Positions 42,343 through 55,440 of a DNA stretch of 64,000 nt are shown one piece after another. The position numbers and the translations under genes are program-made. Numbering within the stretch: the first letter of the stretch is position 1; every line of letters begins with the position of its first letter. The stretch comes from Octopus vulgaris (lineage: Eukaryota): assembly GCA_951406725.2 (NCBI GenBank), contig OX597816.1, forward strand, positions 85,002,001-85,066,000. The letters run 5' to 3'. Under the pieces are notes generated by a model. That model did no database searches. It was given only the letters and a program-made list of their open reading frames with translations, and had not been told where the DNA came from.

Positions 42343-43659
42343 AAAAGTAAATGATATATGTGTGTGCGTGAGTGTGTGTGTTTGCGTGTGTGTATGTGTG
42401 TGTGTATCTATATATACATTTTCACATGCATGTATGCATGAATACTTCACCAATACCGGTCCGTCTATATAAACTCCCAGAATTTCGAGAAGTCTGACTT
42501 CCTCTTGATTATATAAGCATGAAGAATATTAAAAATGGATGCATTTCTTCTTCCAAAGAAATGTTGAGAATGAGCTCACTTTATTAATGCGTCTAGTATA
42601 TTCGTACCTTTTTTATCGAGCCATGGTGAAGTAAACGCACATTTTTCTCGGTAAGATTTAATCATTTAAATATAAGTAATATATGAAATTTCAATGTATT
42701 TAGAGCGACATTCGAACGATATCTTTCGCTATTTGTATTCCCGCAAAAAAAAAAAAAAAATTAATATAAAGCGCAAATCTAAAGAGATTTAAATTCGAAA
42801 TCATGTAGCTCGAAAAATCTTCCGAAAAATAATTTATAATGCTATTAATGTTTAAGCTGTCTGTAATACTCTTCATTAACGAATGATATTATTTCATCTA
42901 ATTTTATTTACTCAATATAATGCTTTGCATTTTACATTAGATAGACCATTAATTAATGGGATAAATATCTTTATACCGTACTTTAGTTAATCAGTGCATA
43001 ATCTATCTTTGTGATTGTGATTCCTATTCTTGAGGAAAGACGTCAAAATTAATTAGTTTGTCACTGATACTTACGATGAATAGACAGCCGTTAAAGTGGA
43101 CATTGTTGTGCATTATTCAGAAAGTACGATGTTGCAATAATGATAGATATTTCTGACATTTGAAGAAGACTACAAATGATGAAGGAGGCAAAAATTGATA
43201 AAATTAAGGAAAATATTTTACTGGTACTTAATGTGTTGACCACCGAACTATAAAGTAAGGCAAGCTGTCGATCTGTTTCTTACTCGGTATGGGAGGTGAA
43301 TGTATTTATTTAACCACTTGATATCAGTAGGATTGCGGTCGTATCACTAGTGTATATAATCGTCATGAAATAATTTAATCGATTGGATTTCCTGGATTTC
43401 AGCTGCACAGAACTCCGCATTATACTCCTAGATTACAATCTGTAATGATAGTCGGGTCCACTAGAGGAGCTTTCTATGATTGCTGCGGGGTTCTGTGAAT
43501 CCATGCATTGCACTGCAAATATATATACAATAGTTGAGGCCCTATGCTCCACAAAGGGCGAAAAGGATTAAGAAGTTATATATGTGTGTGTGTGTGTTTG
43601 TACATATATATACATATATATACATATATATATACATATATACATATATATATACACAT

Positions 43660-43720
<61 letters not shown>

Positions 43721-43864
43721 TATGAGGAGTTTTTGTATCCAGAAGACCCAAAATGCAGGTAGGGCTATGTAAGTGCTACGGAAGGACCGCTGTTAGACTC
43801 CCAGTTCGATAATAGTATGAGTGAGGAGTCTAACATGATTCATGTATAAGCATGTATATGTTAG

Positions 43865-44545
43865 ATAAAATGAGATAACAAATCCAATGCAGTGTGAAAT
43901 TTCTAGGACATTCATAAGGAGAAAGGTAGACTTACATCTGTTTCAGGGATAAACCCTCATCAGAGACGATATGAGTTAAATAGAAGAAAATAGTAAAGTT
44001 CAATATAAGAAGTTATTTTGGAAAGGTAAAGATGTAAGAAGTATAAAGGCAAAAAATGAAAAATATATGTTGGATATTACAGTTCAAGTTCCATTATATA
44101 AGAGATGTGCTATGTAGAGTGGGTAAAGTGATTTCTTGTCTATGGTATGTAAATTCCGATAGGAGTTCATATTTTGTTATTAAAAATGGATAGTGTTTAG
44201 ATATTAATACCATGTGTTGTTCATTCAAAGGAATCTTGTGGTGTAAATGAAATTTTGAGAAGTAGATAAAGAGAAGAGAATAGCTCAATATGTTATATGG
44301 AAGAAAATTGGTATTGGTCAAAAAGATTGGGGGAGGAAGGAAGAAATAAATAAAAATGAAAGAAAGAAATGAGAAAATGAAAAGATAATGTGATGGGGTC
44401 GGGGAGAGGAGAGCTCTCAGTAGATAAAAGGAATAGAAAGGGAGATAGAAGGAAGAGATAAGAATGTAAGAAAGGTATATGTGTAAGAGGTAGGAGCTGG
44501 GGATAATACGTTTGAAAGTACTAAGGTGGAAGGATAGATAAAGAA
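43865..44545 (-). mobile_element. Penelope-like element 3' fragment with degenerate hammerhead at 43929-43967
   Basis: LITKYELLSEFTYHRQE resembles a PLE C-terminus. Hammerhead GTCT-CTGATGA-GGG(TTTAT)CCC-T-GAAA-CAGATG-TA-AGTC. Homologous to 29425-30220. Confidence 0.65.
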
Positions 44546-44619
44546 TGTGGCACGGAGTGGGAGGTACCAAAAGTGAGTAGTAAACCTCATAGAAGGAAAG
44601 AATACGAAGATATAATGGT

Positions 44620-44950
44620 CTTTATTTATCCCTCCACCTTAATGCCTTTCAAACACACCACCCCTCCCACTTATCACATATTCCTCCCTTACGTTCTTAT
44701 CTCTTCCTCTATCCTCCTTCCATTTCTTTCATCATCTGATATCTCTTCTCTCCCCTATCCCCTCACATTATTTTGACCACCATCTACTAGTCCTTTTTTC
44801 CTTTTCTCTTCCACTTTTGGGCGATCTACCAGTGCAAATAAGGCAACGTTGTTGATTGAATTTTTCATGAAGCTATGGCTTAATAAGTGTGTTCAGAGTT
44901 GTCTCTCTTTGGTACATACCATAGGACAAGAGTTAAAAATCTCGAAACAT
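44620..44950 (+). mobile_element. Inverted partial copy of the adjacent PLE fragment
   Basis: 44620-44775 is reverse-complement similar to 44383-44545, and TACATACCATAGGACAAGA at ~44913 mirrors ~44135-44152. Confidence 0.6.
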
Positions 44951-45189
44951 TGATGTCTGAGATTCCTGCTAGATGGCGACACTGAAAAAAACCGCGTGAC
45001 TTCACACTTTTTTTTTACCATAAGGGAGATATTTTTTCCTCGGTAACTGCAGTGAATTTGCCTTTCTGAAATATAAATGTATCACAAACATATTTTAACT
45101 AACCTAAAATGTCCACACACACGCACGCACACACACAGACACACACACACACACATATACATATATGTATATATATAGTTTTTTATGAA

Positions 45190-48100
45190 CACCTCACGTG
45201 TATGGCTCACTGTTGCAAAGTTGATCGGAAAATGGACATATATACCAAAGGAATGCACTACATTCTGCGCTTACTTTAGAAGGTATGAGGAAATATTTAG
45301 AGAAGAATGCTGCAACTGGCAAGACGAGAAAACAACTCGGTTTTGTTGAGAATGGTGGTACTAGTGAAGCATGAGGAATATTGAAATTGCATATTACCAA
45401 AGTAACCAGGCGAAGTCTGTCTTGAAGAAGCGTCGAATATGTTCTTATCAATGATTTTCAGCGAAAATAGGTCTTTATTACGAGCTGGCAATGCATGAAT
45501 ATTACATTAAAAAAAAGGATGAAAAATTTATTACATACGCTAAAATCGTTAATAGGGAATATGAGTGATTTAAAATTAATGAACTAACACTAGTTATGTT
45601 TAATTGCTTAATTATCGTGCAAGGTTTAATGATAAAGAAAGATGCGGAAATTCGTAACCGAATTCTGACTAAATTAGAGCAGCATCAGAAGCTAACATTA
45701 CAAGAAATATCTGAGGAATACTAGAGAATAATAAACTTCAGGCACGATACAGAACAAATTGACGTGAGAAACTGCGCTTCTATGCAGTTTGTGGGAGCGA
45801 AAATAAGAAAGGAAAAGCATAAAATTAACCTAGGCTTTGAATGTAAAAATTAATTTTAATGTAAAAATTAATGATAAAAATGTGAAATTATAGTTAGGTA
45901 CACGTAGTGACATTACCTTAATTAATGAAAGCACATGGAAAACAATCGGGAAACCTACACTAAAGAAAACCTTGAAGATTGCATGTGAACTCTCGGGAAG
46001 TAGATTAACTTTTTAAAGCGAAGTTATCTGTAACGTTACATTTCGCGGGAAGACTAAAAAATTCGGGAGCTTATGTTTTAAAAGATAGAAGCAACATTTT
46101 TGGAACTGACAGGATGGAACCGTTCGACTTATGGGGTTTAACCATGAATAATTTTTATAAAAATGTAATGGGGTTATGCGCCAGTTGAAATACAAAATCT
46201 GAAAATTTAAAAAAAGAAGTGGAAAAGTATTTCCTTGATATTTTGCGGACGGGCTGGATCGATGTAATACATTTTACGCAAAATTTCAAGTAAAAGTAAA
46301 TGTAGTACAATTTTTCAAAACCAAGCGTACTTTACTGCGTGCAACACTGGAAGAAGTGAACAAGAAATTAGACAGACTTGAAAAAATAGTGATTGAAAAG
46401 ATCGACTATCCAGATTGGACGACTCCAATAATGTATGTAAAAAATAACTACAAAATTTGTATATGTGCAGATTTGTCAACGGGCTAAAACAAATGGTTAA
46501 GACAGTATAATTGCCCATTACATAGCCTTGAGAAAATCTTCTCGAAATTAAACGGTGGAAAATTGTTCTCGAAATTAGATCTTTTTGGTGCTTACATACA
46601 AATACAAGTGGAAGTCGAATGTACTAAGCTACTACAAATTAATACCCATAAAGGTCTTTATAAATTTAACTGGCTTCTGTTTGGCATAAAAATTGCTCCA
46701 GCTATATTGCTATATTCCAACAAGTGATGGATGCGATGCTTTCTGAGTGTGACTTCACGATGGACTACCTAAATGATATATTTTTTTAATTAAAAGTGAA
46801 TAACGTGATCAACATGTCGAGCAATGAAAGGTGTTTTTTGAAAACAAGAGATTACGGTTTCAAACTGGATGAGTAGAAATGTGAATTTTTCTTGCCGAAA
46901 ATTACGTACTTTGGACAAATAATCAATATGAATGGTCGTCAACTTGATCTCTCGAGGGCAGATGCGATTAAAAATATGCCCCCTCCGACAAATATTTCTA
47001 CCTTACAAGCTTTCTTCAGACTGGCAAATTAGTATCAGAGTTATATACCAAATATGTACATGGTAATTGCTCCACTAAATAATATTAAAAACAATTTAAA
47101 GTGGAATTGGTCTGAAAATTGTCAGAAAGCGTTCGCCGACGATAGAAAGATATTAACGTCAGATTTATCTTTAGCACATTTCGATCCTGCATTGGAAATT
47201 GTATAAGCTTCAGATGCCAGTGTTACAGTATCAGAGCAGTAATTCTACATAAATACAAGGATGGTAACATAAAGGCTGTAGCCCATGCTTCACGTCCTTT
47301 GCTACTAGGAGAGAAAAATTACAGCCAAATTAAAAACGTGTGTCTAACTATTATTTTCGTCGTAAAAAATTTCATAGTTTTATACGGAAGAAGTTTTCGA
47401 TTACAGACTGACCGTCGTCCACTATTACCTATATAGGTCGAAGAAAGTAATGTCTACCCATACTCCTAATAGGTTGCAACGCTAGGGTACAATATTACTA
47501 AATTATGATTTCAAGGTGGCGTTTATATCATCTAAGAAATTAGGATACGTTGATTGTTTATCTAGATCGATATTAAAAATACTGAACCATTTCAGTATAA
47601 CATGATTGCAGCGTTGCAAGCAGAAAAATAAATTTAAAATATTCTATTTAAAGTACGAAAATTACCAGTTACATAAGAAGAAATCAAACTATAAGCGGAA
47701 GATGCACTAAAGAAACGAATGCTAAATGAATTTTACATTGGTCATCCAGAGATTTGAAGAATGAAATAGTTAATGAGAAGCTACGTGTATTGGCCAAAAA
47801 TGGACCGAAATATTGAAGAACTAATGAAAGCGTGCAGTGGCTGTGCTCTAGCAGCAAAATCACCAACCACAAAATGGCAACCGTGGCCATAAACAAATAT
47901 CCCATAGTCCAGACTGCATGTTGATTTTGCAGGTCTACTTAACGGTTCCCATTACTTTGTTGAAATAGACAATTTTTCTAAGTGGCCTGAAATACATAAG
48001 TGTAAAAACCGACATCTTTGGGTTACAGTAATTTTTTTTACACGAATTGTTCACCAGATATAGTATTCCTGATACCATTGTGTCTGACAATTGAACTCAG

Positions 48101-49054
48101 TTTACCACAGATCAGTTCAAATTATTCTGTAAAATGTTCTCTATCAAACATGTGACCACTCCGTCGTATCCTCCAAGGACAAATGTACACGCGGAGTGTT
48201 TTCTCGATACATACATTTCAGAGAGGTTTAAAGAAAACGAACAACGAAATATTAGATGACCTAGCACTTCAGCAGTTTTCGAGTAACACCAAATCCCAAT
48301 ACCCCGTCTGGAATGTCAGCTGCGGAATTAATGTTCGCTAGGAAGATTAGATCAGTGTTCGACAAGTTGTTACCGGTTAAGAAAGAAAAAAATATCGGAC
48401 AACAAATATAATCGAAATTTCTTTTAAATTCATGACTAAGTTTTACTAAGTGATTACTAAGCAAATTGGGAACACTTTATTTTTGGTAAAATGTCACAAC
48501 TACGAACTTAAGAGGCATAAATCAAATAAAAAAAAAGGTTTACTGAGGAAACGGTCGCAAGAAACGATATTCCAATGGAAGTATTTTATGATACGTTTGA
48601 TGTACCAACACCTAAGCAAATTGTGTAAACTACATGTTCAAGAATGAGAAAAAGAAAATGAACAGATGTGCTTGAAATAACCTCTAAACACAAATGATAT
48701 TAAGCTCCGGTCGGAGCTAAATTCACAAATCAAAAATGTTATGGGAGAATCCTGAACACCTCCACGTTACTGAAGGTGGATTAACCAATTACAACAAAGA
48801 AGAACTGAGTGAACTGTCAAGGGGATAGTTGACGTTGGCGTTGTTAGTTCCACCGTATTGCTTTATCAGGTTAGTGCGATGTGTGTTGGTTTAACAGTCG
48901 GTAGTTGAAGAGTGAATACTGATATCGTACCTACGTTCGAGTAGTACGGAGTGTGTTCCGTGTTAACATATATTTCTGCGATAGGTTACTTTTAGATAAC
49001 CAACTATTTGTGTAATACTGTTTTACACCAGATGTGGATACCAACGTCATAACA
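45190..49054 (+). mobile_element. Decayed Ty3/Gypsy (K02A2.6-like) LTR retrotransposon
   Basis: Broken frames give ICADLSTGL, FSKLDLFGAYIQI, INTHKGLYKF, DYLND (YLDD), LAHFDP..ASDAS, EKNYSQI, LQTD, YVYWPKMD, RLHVDFAG, PDTIVSDN and RVTPN: RT, RNase H, integrase order. Confidence 0.9.
48737..49054 (+). repeat. 3' LTR of the Gypsy element
   Basis: TGTTATG...CATAACA terminal inverted repeat, 318 bp, downstream of the integrase. Confidence 0.7.
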
Positions 49055-49755
49055 GTCATGCTACCTCAAATTTTACCCAGCACCTTCTGAATGGCTACTC
49101 TTACGTAAAGTCTACTGCTGCTAATGTGTTCAAGCGCCATTGAATGATATCTGGGCTACTGACTCACGCCAAACTCTTAGCTAAACTCTTAGCCCCTCCC
49201 CCGCCTCATGTACAGTTCGCTATACAGAGAATTGATAGGATTTTATGTATTAATACGCAGACCACCGTCAACGTGACGCAATCGTCCTCTGAACGATCTG
49301 TCGGACCACGTGAACCTAAAAAGGAAGTAAATTGAGACGTTTTGATAGCATTAATACCACGTGACCTGAGCTCCAAACAGAAGTCTAAATACATAGAAGT
49401 CATCGTGGATTTCTTTTCACCCTCTACTGTAGTTACTACGAAATTTTATTCATGTAAAGTCAAAGTGTTACTATATATCTCGAAGGACAGCCAAAGTTTT
49501 GAGTACCACTTAATTTCGTTTGTTCACTGTCGAACAATGCACGCTACGCAATGTAATGAATTAAACTTTAAGAACAGTTCAAACATCCTCGTAACACATT
49601 TGATTTGCAAAAAAAAAAAACTATTATTCACTGCGTGATTTATGATAACCTGATGGCTTATGGCATAAATCGGCAAAGAGTGTTCATTGCTGCTTTTCCC
49701 TAAATGAAGCTATGTCTTCATAAGTCATCTCAATGCAGTCCCTCTTGTTAATATG

Positions 49756-49866
49756 CGTACTGATGATAACCAAAAAGTTAGGAATGCATTTATTGGTCAT
49801 CCAATGATAGATAACAAAACTACTGATGATAGTCAACTAACTAGAAATCCATTTATTGGACTAATA
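49756..49866 (+). ncRNA. Tandem pair of minimal hammerhead motifs (63-nt period)
   Basis: TA-CTGATGA-TAAC(CAAAAA)GTTA-GGAA-TGCA-TT-TATTGG and TA-CTGATGA-TAGT(CAACTA)ACTA-GAAA-TCCA-TT-TATTGG. Stem II sequences differ but both pair perfectly. Confidence 0.6.
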
Positions 49867-50014
49867 GGGATGACTGAAGTGTTCTGAAATCTATTGCCTA
49901 TAGCGAGAATTTTCTCACTACAGGTGAAATATATAAGAAGTGAACTGAAAGTTTGCTTGCTTTTTATTAGTATATATATATATATATATATATACATATA
50001 TTACTGTGCATTTA

Positions 50015-50083
<69 letters not shown>

Positions 50084-51124
50084 TACATATATTACTGTGC
50101 ATTTATTAGCTGGAATGTGTGTGTTTGTTTGTGCTTCTTTCTCTTTGTGTCTCAGAGTGCATCGTGTATATATAATATCAATACTTTTCGACTACTTTGT
50201 AATGAGTCGGCTAAGTGAAGCTGCTAATGTCTCCGTAAGGACCAACGCTGCCATTTTGAACGAAGATTAATTTCAGCCAAAAAGTTTCCTTTAATGGTTC
50301 TTTTGTCATCAAACCTTCAGCAGTTTAATTTTGTATTAGTTTCCTAAAGATCAATTTCTCTACGACTATTACACGTAATGTACCTAATAAAAGTTAAATG
50401 ATTCGAAAAGAGCGAAAAAATGAATTCCGTTATTTTTTTATAACAGTATTCCCATAGCAACTGAATATCTTGCCAAACTGGGGAAAGGCACTGAATAGGA
50501 AAAATAACAAAGAAAAGAAATTTTAATCAATATTCAGAAAGTACTAAACGTATTAAAAATGAAATGAGAGATATATTATAAGCATCATTAAATATTATGT
50601 TTACCTAGAAGTTTTTTGACCTTCATGGGGCTTGTGAATGAAAGATGTTTGTACTCCGTAATGTTCGTCTTAATGCAAAAAACAGACTTGGTTTCTGTAT
50701 TAAATTAGTCGAGAAAGCACAAATGCTTCTTCGATAATATTTCTTTAAAAAAATTATATAATTAAGAAATACTAAATGAACCAAAAATGGAGACATCGTC
50801 AAATTCTGATCGGTAACATGACAGATAAAGAACGTGGCGAAACAACACAACTACAAAATACAAATAAAATATAACGAAGTCATGCACAATCTAAATCAAT
50901 AGCAACTAATAAAATATACACAGAAATTACGAGACTTAATTAAATATATTCTTTAATGAGATTCAATAAATTAGATAATTTTATGATGTTATAGTCTCCA
51001 GGGATATTGATCTTAATTCCTGAAATTCTACTCATTCTGCAATTCTTTACATTATCTTTATGACAACACTTGCTCCGTGTGTTCCCTTATTTAAAAAAAA
51101 TCTGTTAGAAATTATCAATATATG

Positions 51125-51177
<53 letters not shown>

Positions 51178-51262
51178 ACGATAATAATAATAATAATAAC
51201 AATAACAATAACAATAATAATAATAATAATAATAATAACAACAATAATAATAACAATAATAA
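51125..51262. repeat. (ACT)n/(AAT)n tract
   Basis: Read directly from the sequence. Confidence 0.95.
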
Positions 51263-51274
51263 ACTTTTCTACTA

Positions 51275-51405
51275 AACGCACAAGGCTTGAAATTTTGGGG
51301 GAGGGGACTAGCCGATTACATCGACTCCAGTGTATCACTAGTGCCTAATTTATCGACCCCAAAAGGATGAAAGGCAAAGTGGACATCGGCAGAATTTGAA
51401 TTCAG
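51275..51405 (-). mobile_element. SINE 3' half (15482 family)
   Basis: Plus strand TTTATCGACCCCAAAAGGATGAAAGGCAAAGT is the reverse complement of the central domain. Confidence 0.8.
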
Positions 51406-51518
51406 CATTAAAAGCATCACAGTAAACCACAGCACATACCCAAGGCACACAGAGCTACGCTCGGTAGTGAAGTGAAAGCCCGCTCTAAAAATAAAACTAC
51501 TGAATAATAATAATAATA
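51406..51518 (+). mobile_element. Solo 3' UTR of the Dong-like element, with (AAT)n tail
   Basis: CACAGCACATACCCAAGGCACACAGAGCT.CGCTCGGTAGTGAAGTG is nearly identical to 33291-33338. Confidence 0.9.
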
Positions 51519-51800
51519 CAGGAAGGTATTAGATAGTTGAAAAGAGCGAATAGCATGTTACTTTAGCTTGCAGGTACGTAGGTACGCTACGCATGCAAGA
51601 CTCCAAGAGCTCCAGCAAAACCTGTCATAAAGAGATAATAGCAACAGCACCACCATCACTAAATTGTCATATAAAAGTTAACCTCAGTTTTGCCAAATAT
51701 ATTTTCAATGTGGCTTTATTCTCGCAAAATACTATGATAATATTAGATCATTTTATAACTGTGCATGGAGAGTTATTTCTACAAACAAAGCAAAAATACA

Positions 51801-52015
51801 TACCAGTTTGTGCTGAAAAGTTCCTGGTTTTAAGGGTGTCCCGAAAGGCCTGGTTGGATGCCCCGCCTTCCGAGTTCTTTTGCAGGGCTTAGAAAAACTG
51901 AAGGACTGCTGCAATGAGTGTGTGAGTCTGAGAGGAGAATATGTTTAATAAAATCATAATCAACTTATCTTCCTGTATTTTCTTTTGGCCAGGAAATTTC
52001 AGGCACCCTCTCATA
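51801..52015 (+). mobile_element. Mariner-derived MITE
   Basis: TIRs GTGCTGAAAAGTTCCTGG / CCAGGAAATTTCAGGCAC; internal GLEKLKDCCNECVSLRGEYV (transposase C-terminus). Confidence 0.85.
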
Positions 52016-52944
52016 TAAAGTCCATCGATCAGCATTCATATTTCCATTCAATGATACTAGAATGAACGTGCACAATGTGTAGCAAGGAAATACATTTGAA
52101 TTATATCTACAGTTTATCCGATGGGCTTCAACATGTTCTGTCAATCTACTCACACTCACAAAGGTTCGAGTGGGTAAATTACTCCCAACACCACACCGTG
52201 GAATTGTACTCAAGACGCTGCTATTGTGAAATTTCTTAGCCATTTACTCTTGCTGCATCTACCTTACTACTTAGAATTTTTGACCAGCAGCACGATGGAA
52301 AATGGGCAGAAAAATCGTGGTTTAAGGGTAGAAATACACTAGGGTAGTAGCTCCAATGTGTTATCTATCGTTCTTTCTTGGTTTGTAAAAGATTTGAAAT
52401 CAGGGTGCAAAGTGAAGCAGCTAAGTAATTGAACTGACACCCTACTATTTAATGGTTTTCCTATCTGTTTCCTATCCGTTTTCTTCCTCTCTCGCTCTAG
52501 TTGTCTGTGGTTCCGTCTTTTTTCTATTATATATCTGAATTGTTACTCTGTGCAACAACTTTAGACAATGATCGATAACTTATGCAGCAATTTCATCAGA
52601 ACTCTCCTCGTCCTACTTCTGTTATCCACCTCATATTCTCATTTTCGTTTTCTACCTCTTTTCACTGCTGTCATCTAATATGTGTCAACAAAAGGCCTGC
52701 GGGAATTAGAATCGATATGTATTCCGTTCCTATCTTTATCACATTGATGTTCCCAGATATCGAATACCATACGTTTACTCCCCATTCCACTTCTCTGTTT
52801 CACCAACACAGTTATTATCCGAAATACGGCTAGCCAACACACGTCCATTAGCTCTAAATTATATTGTCTCTAGCAATTTTAATATTGAATCAATGCGTTC
52901 GATTTATGTTGATTTTATTGGATTAGTCTTAGAATTATTGTAAG

Positions 52945-53160
52945 AGGGCCGTAGCAACGGTGGATAATAGAATCATCAGCGTATCGGTCGAACGCGTTAG
53001 CTACGTTCTGTGCATTACTGTGATTTCAAATCCAGCCAAGGTCAATTTTGCTTGTCTTCGTTACAAGATCAATATTAAATGTACCAGTCAAAGAATCTAG
53101 GTAGATATGTTCGATCATATAACTATTTGAAAAATTGCAGGGTCATAACCATATTTTAAT
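52945..53160 (+). mobile_element. Old degenerate SINE (15482 family)
   Basis: TTCAAATCCAGCCAAGGTCAATTTTGCTT...AAATGTACCAGTCAA. Confidence 0.55.
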
Positions 53161-55249
53161 TGTTATTTCTATTAATGTTGTGAGATTGTGAGAAATGTGG
53201 TGGAGGTAACTGTAGTGCAACAGTTTCTGGGTTATGTCTTCACTACGTCTTAGCTAATTTTGGGTGTTTCACTCAAGTAAAGTCAGCACTAGTTCGATTT
53301 AATCTTATATTCACCACCAAAATATGTAATCCTGTATCAATATCAGAAATCTATATTGTTTGCGTCTGTTCAGTGACAGAAATATAGGGAAGTTTAAGCA
53401 ATTCTTAGCGAAAACTAATTTTCGTTTCTATATCAAATCTCAACCGGCTTACTTTCAGCCTCCTACATCCAAAATCGGTAACGTAAATATCTAACATGCA
53501 CTTTGGTGGATTCACTGAACAACATATTTCTGTTTATATGTGGAACAAATAATGTTTAACGTGTGTCTGTATCTGAACATATGAAAATAGCTAAACCTTA
53601 AATTTAGTTTTAACTATATTTCTAAGATCAAACTATGAGAAAAATTGGTACCAGTATAAACTGAGTCACGCGATTTGCTTGAATGTAGCTACAACCTATT
53701 TGCTTAATGATTCTTGGTAATAAATCATTATTAGCTGTATTAATTGACAACTGTGTAATTCCATAATGTTTCGAAATCACATAGATTGCCGCTAAAATTA
53801 TGAAGATAATACACTTTCAAATACGTTTTGGGAAAAATACATCATTTTTCATTTCTCGCAAACAAAAGTTTAGGTCACCTCAGAAAGAGAAATTAATGTT
53901 TTTATAATTAAGCATCCGGAAGTTTGATTACATTCTAGTGATTTCCTAAATTTTTCGATTGATATCGATGAGCTGAGACGAATGTGCAATGACTTAAAGT
54001 AAGCATGGTTGCATGAAAATTACCAGATGATTTTGTAAAGAATGTCACTTTCCCAAATAAATTTGAACCTGATTTTGAGTGATGCGGCAGTATTAATGAT
54101 GTATTTGTCTCATTGATTAAAAGTACCTAGTAACTGTAATAACAGTGTACAAGTATAATACCAGTAGCTATTGTAATTGAATCTAGAGAATGGAAGAGCA
54201 TATTCAAAAGTGGCAGTGTCTGATCAAAATCGTAAATGGGTGTTACGAAATCTTACTAGGTATTTTATTTCAACTACTACAATGAAATACAAGAATCATG
54301 CTGGATCTGCTAACCTCTATCTATATTCTCTCTTTAAATCACGCAAGAGTGGTTTATGTTAGTGTTATTGATAGTTTTCAAATAAGATAAAGGACATTAT
54401 TTTATTTAAAACTTATAGCCGATTATATTAAACTCAAGTAGCTGATTGGTACTGAGTCTGTTGATTGCAGAAAACACAAATCGACATCACAAAATACTGC
54501 ATGAAAAATTGCCAAGATATTACTAAGTCTTCCACGAACTTTGCATCTCCCTTTACTGCATTTCCTTTTTGAGATGACTTGTTATGAACAGGTTTTATAA
54601 AACCTTATTCCAGTATTCATGATAGTTTAAAACTTAATTCTACTTAAATATGTATGCTAGAACAACGAAACACTGCAGTATTTATTTTTGCACCTCTGTT
54701 TGGGATTCAGGTCCCATTGCAGTTGATTTTACTGATCATCGTCATAAAATCGATAAACTAAGTAAACAGCATCTACTGGGATTGATTAAATAAACAATAT
54801 GCCTTCCCTGCAAATGTATTTCAGAAATGCTTGCTTACAGATTATCTATTTATTACATATTACTCCGATTTCTTTTGTGCAACAATTTTTACACAGTAGC
54901 AGATGTGTACACGCATGCAATATCATTTCTATAGCAACAGCGCTTGAATCAACCACAGTTTGGATGGTAGATGCATACCTACTTCTCTAGATCTCTTCAG
55001 TTAACTCAGTTTATGTAAATCCTCTGCAACTTTGTGAAATCTGCTATTTTCTCATTGATGAATGATGCTATCTATTACTGGGTGTTACTACGACAGATCA
55101 AAATCTTTCTAGATTAGTTAATCTTTTCAGGTGTCCTTGATTCATGAAGCATGTTCATAAAAAATCATCTTCAACAAAACAGTTCTTTGTTTTAAATGTT
55201 AGTCAGCATTCTTACATTCTTTGCTGTGAGGCTGAAACGATTCAAGGAT

Positions 55250-55440
55250 GAAAGCATTGCTGTATAGTTAAATAGTTTGCTTCGCTACGATACCGGTTCG
55301 ATCAGAATCCAGCTGTGTGACACATTATGTATGTTTCTTGAGTAGTAGCATCAGGTCCACTAAACCTCACTTTCCGTCCGCCAAGAAATTTGGCTAAGGG
55401 AAAATGAACGAAAAAAAAATCGGAAGACCGTTCCCGGCAG
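55250..55440 (+). mobile_element. Old degenerate SINE head
   Basis: TGGCTGTATAGTTAAATAGTTTGCTTC...GGTTCGATC, similar to the 41930 head. Confidence 0.45.
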
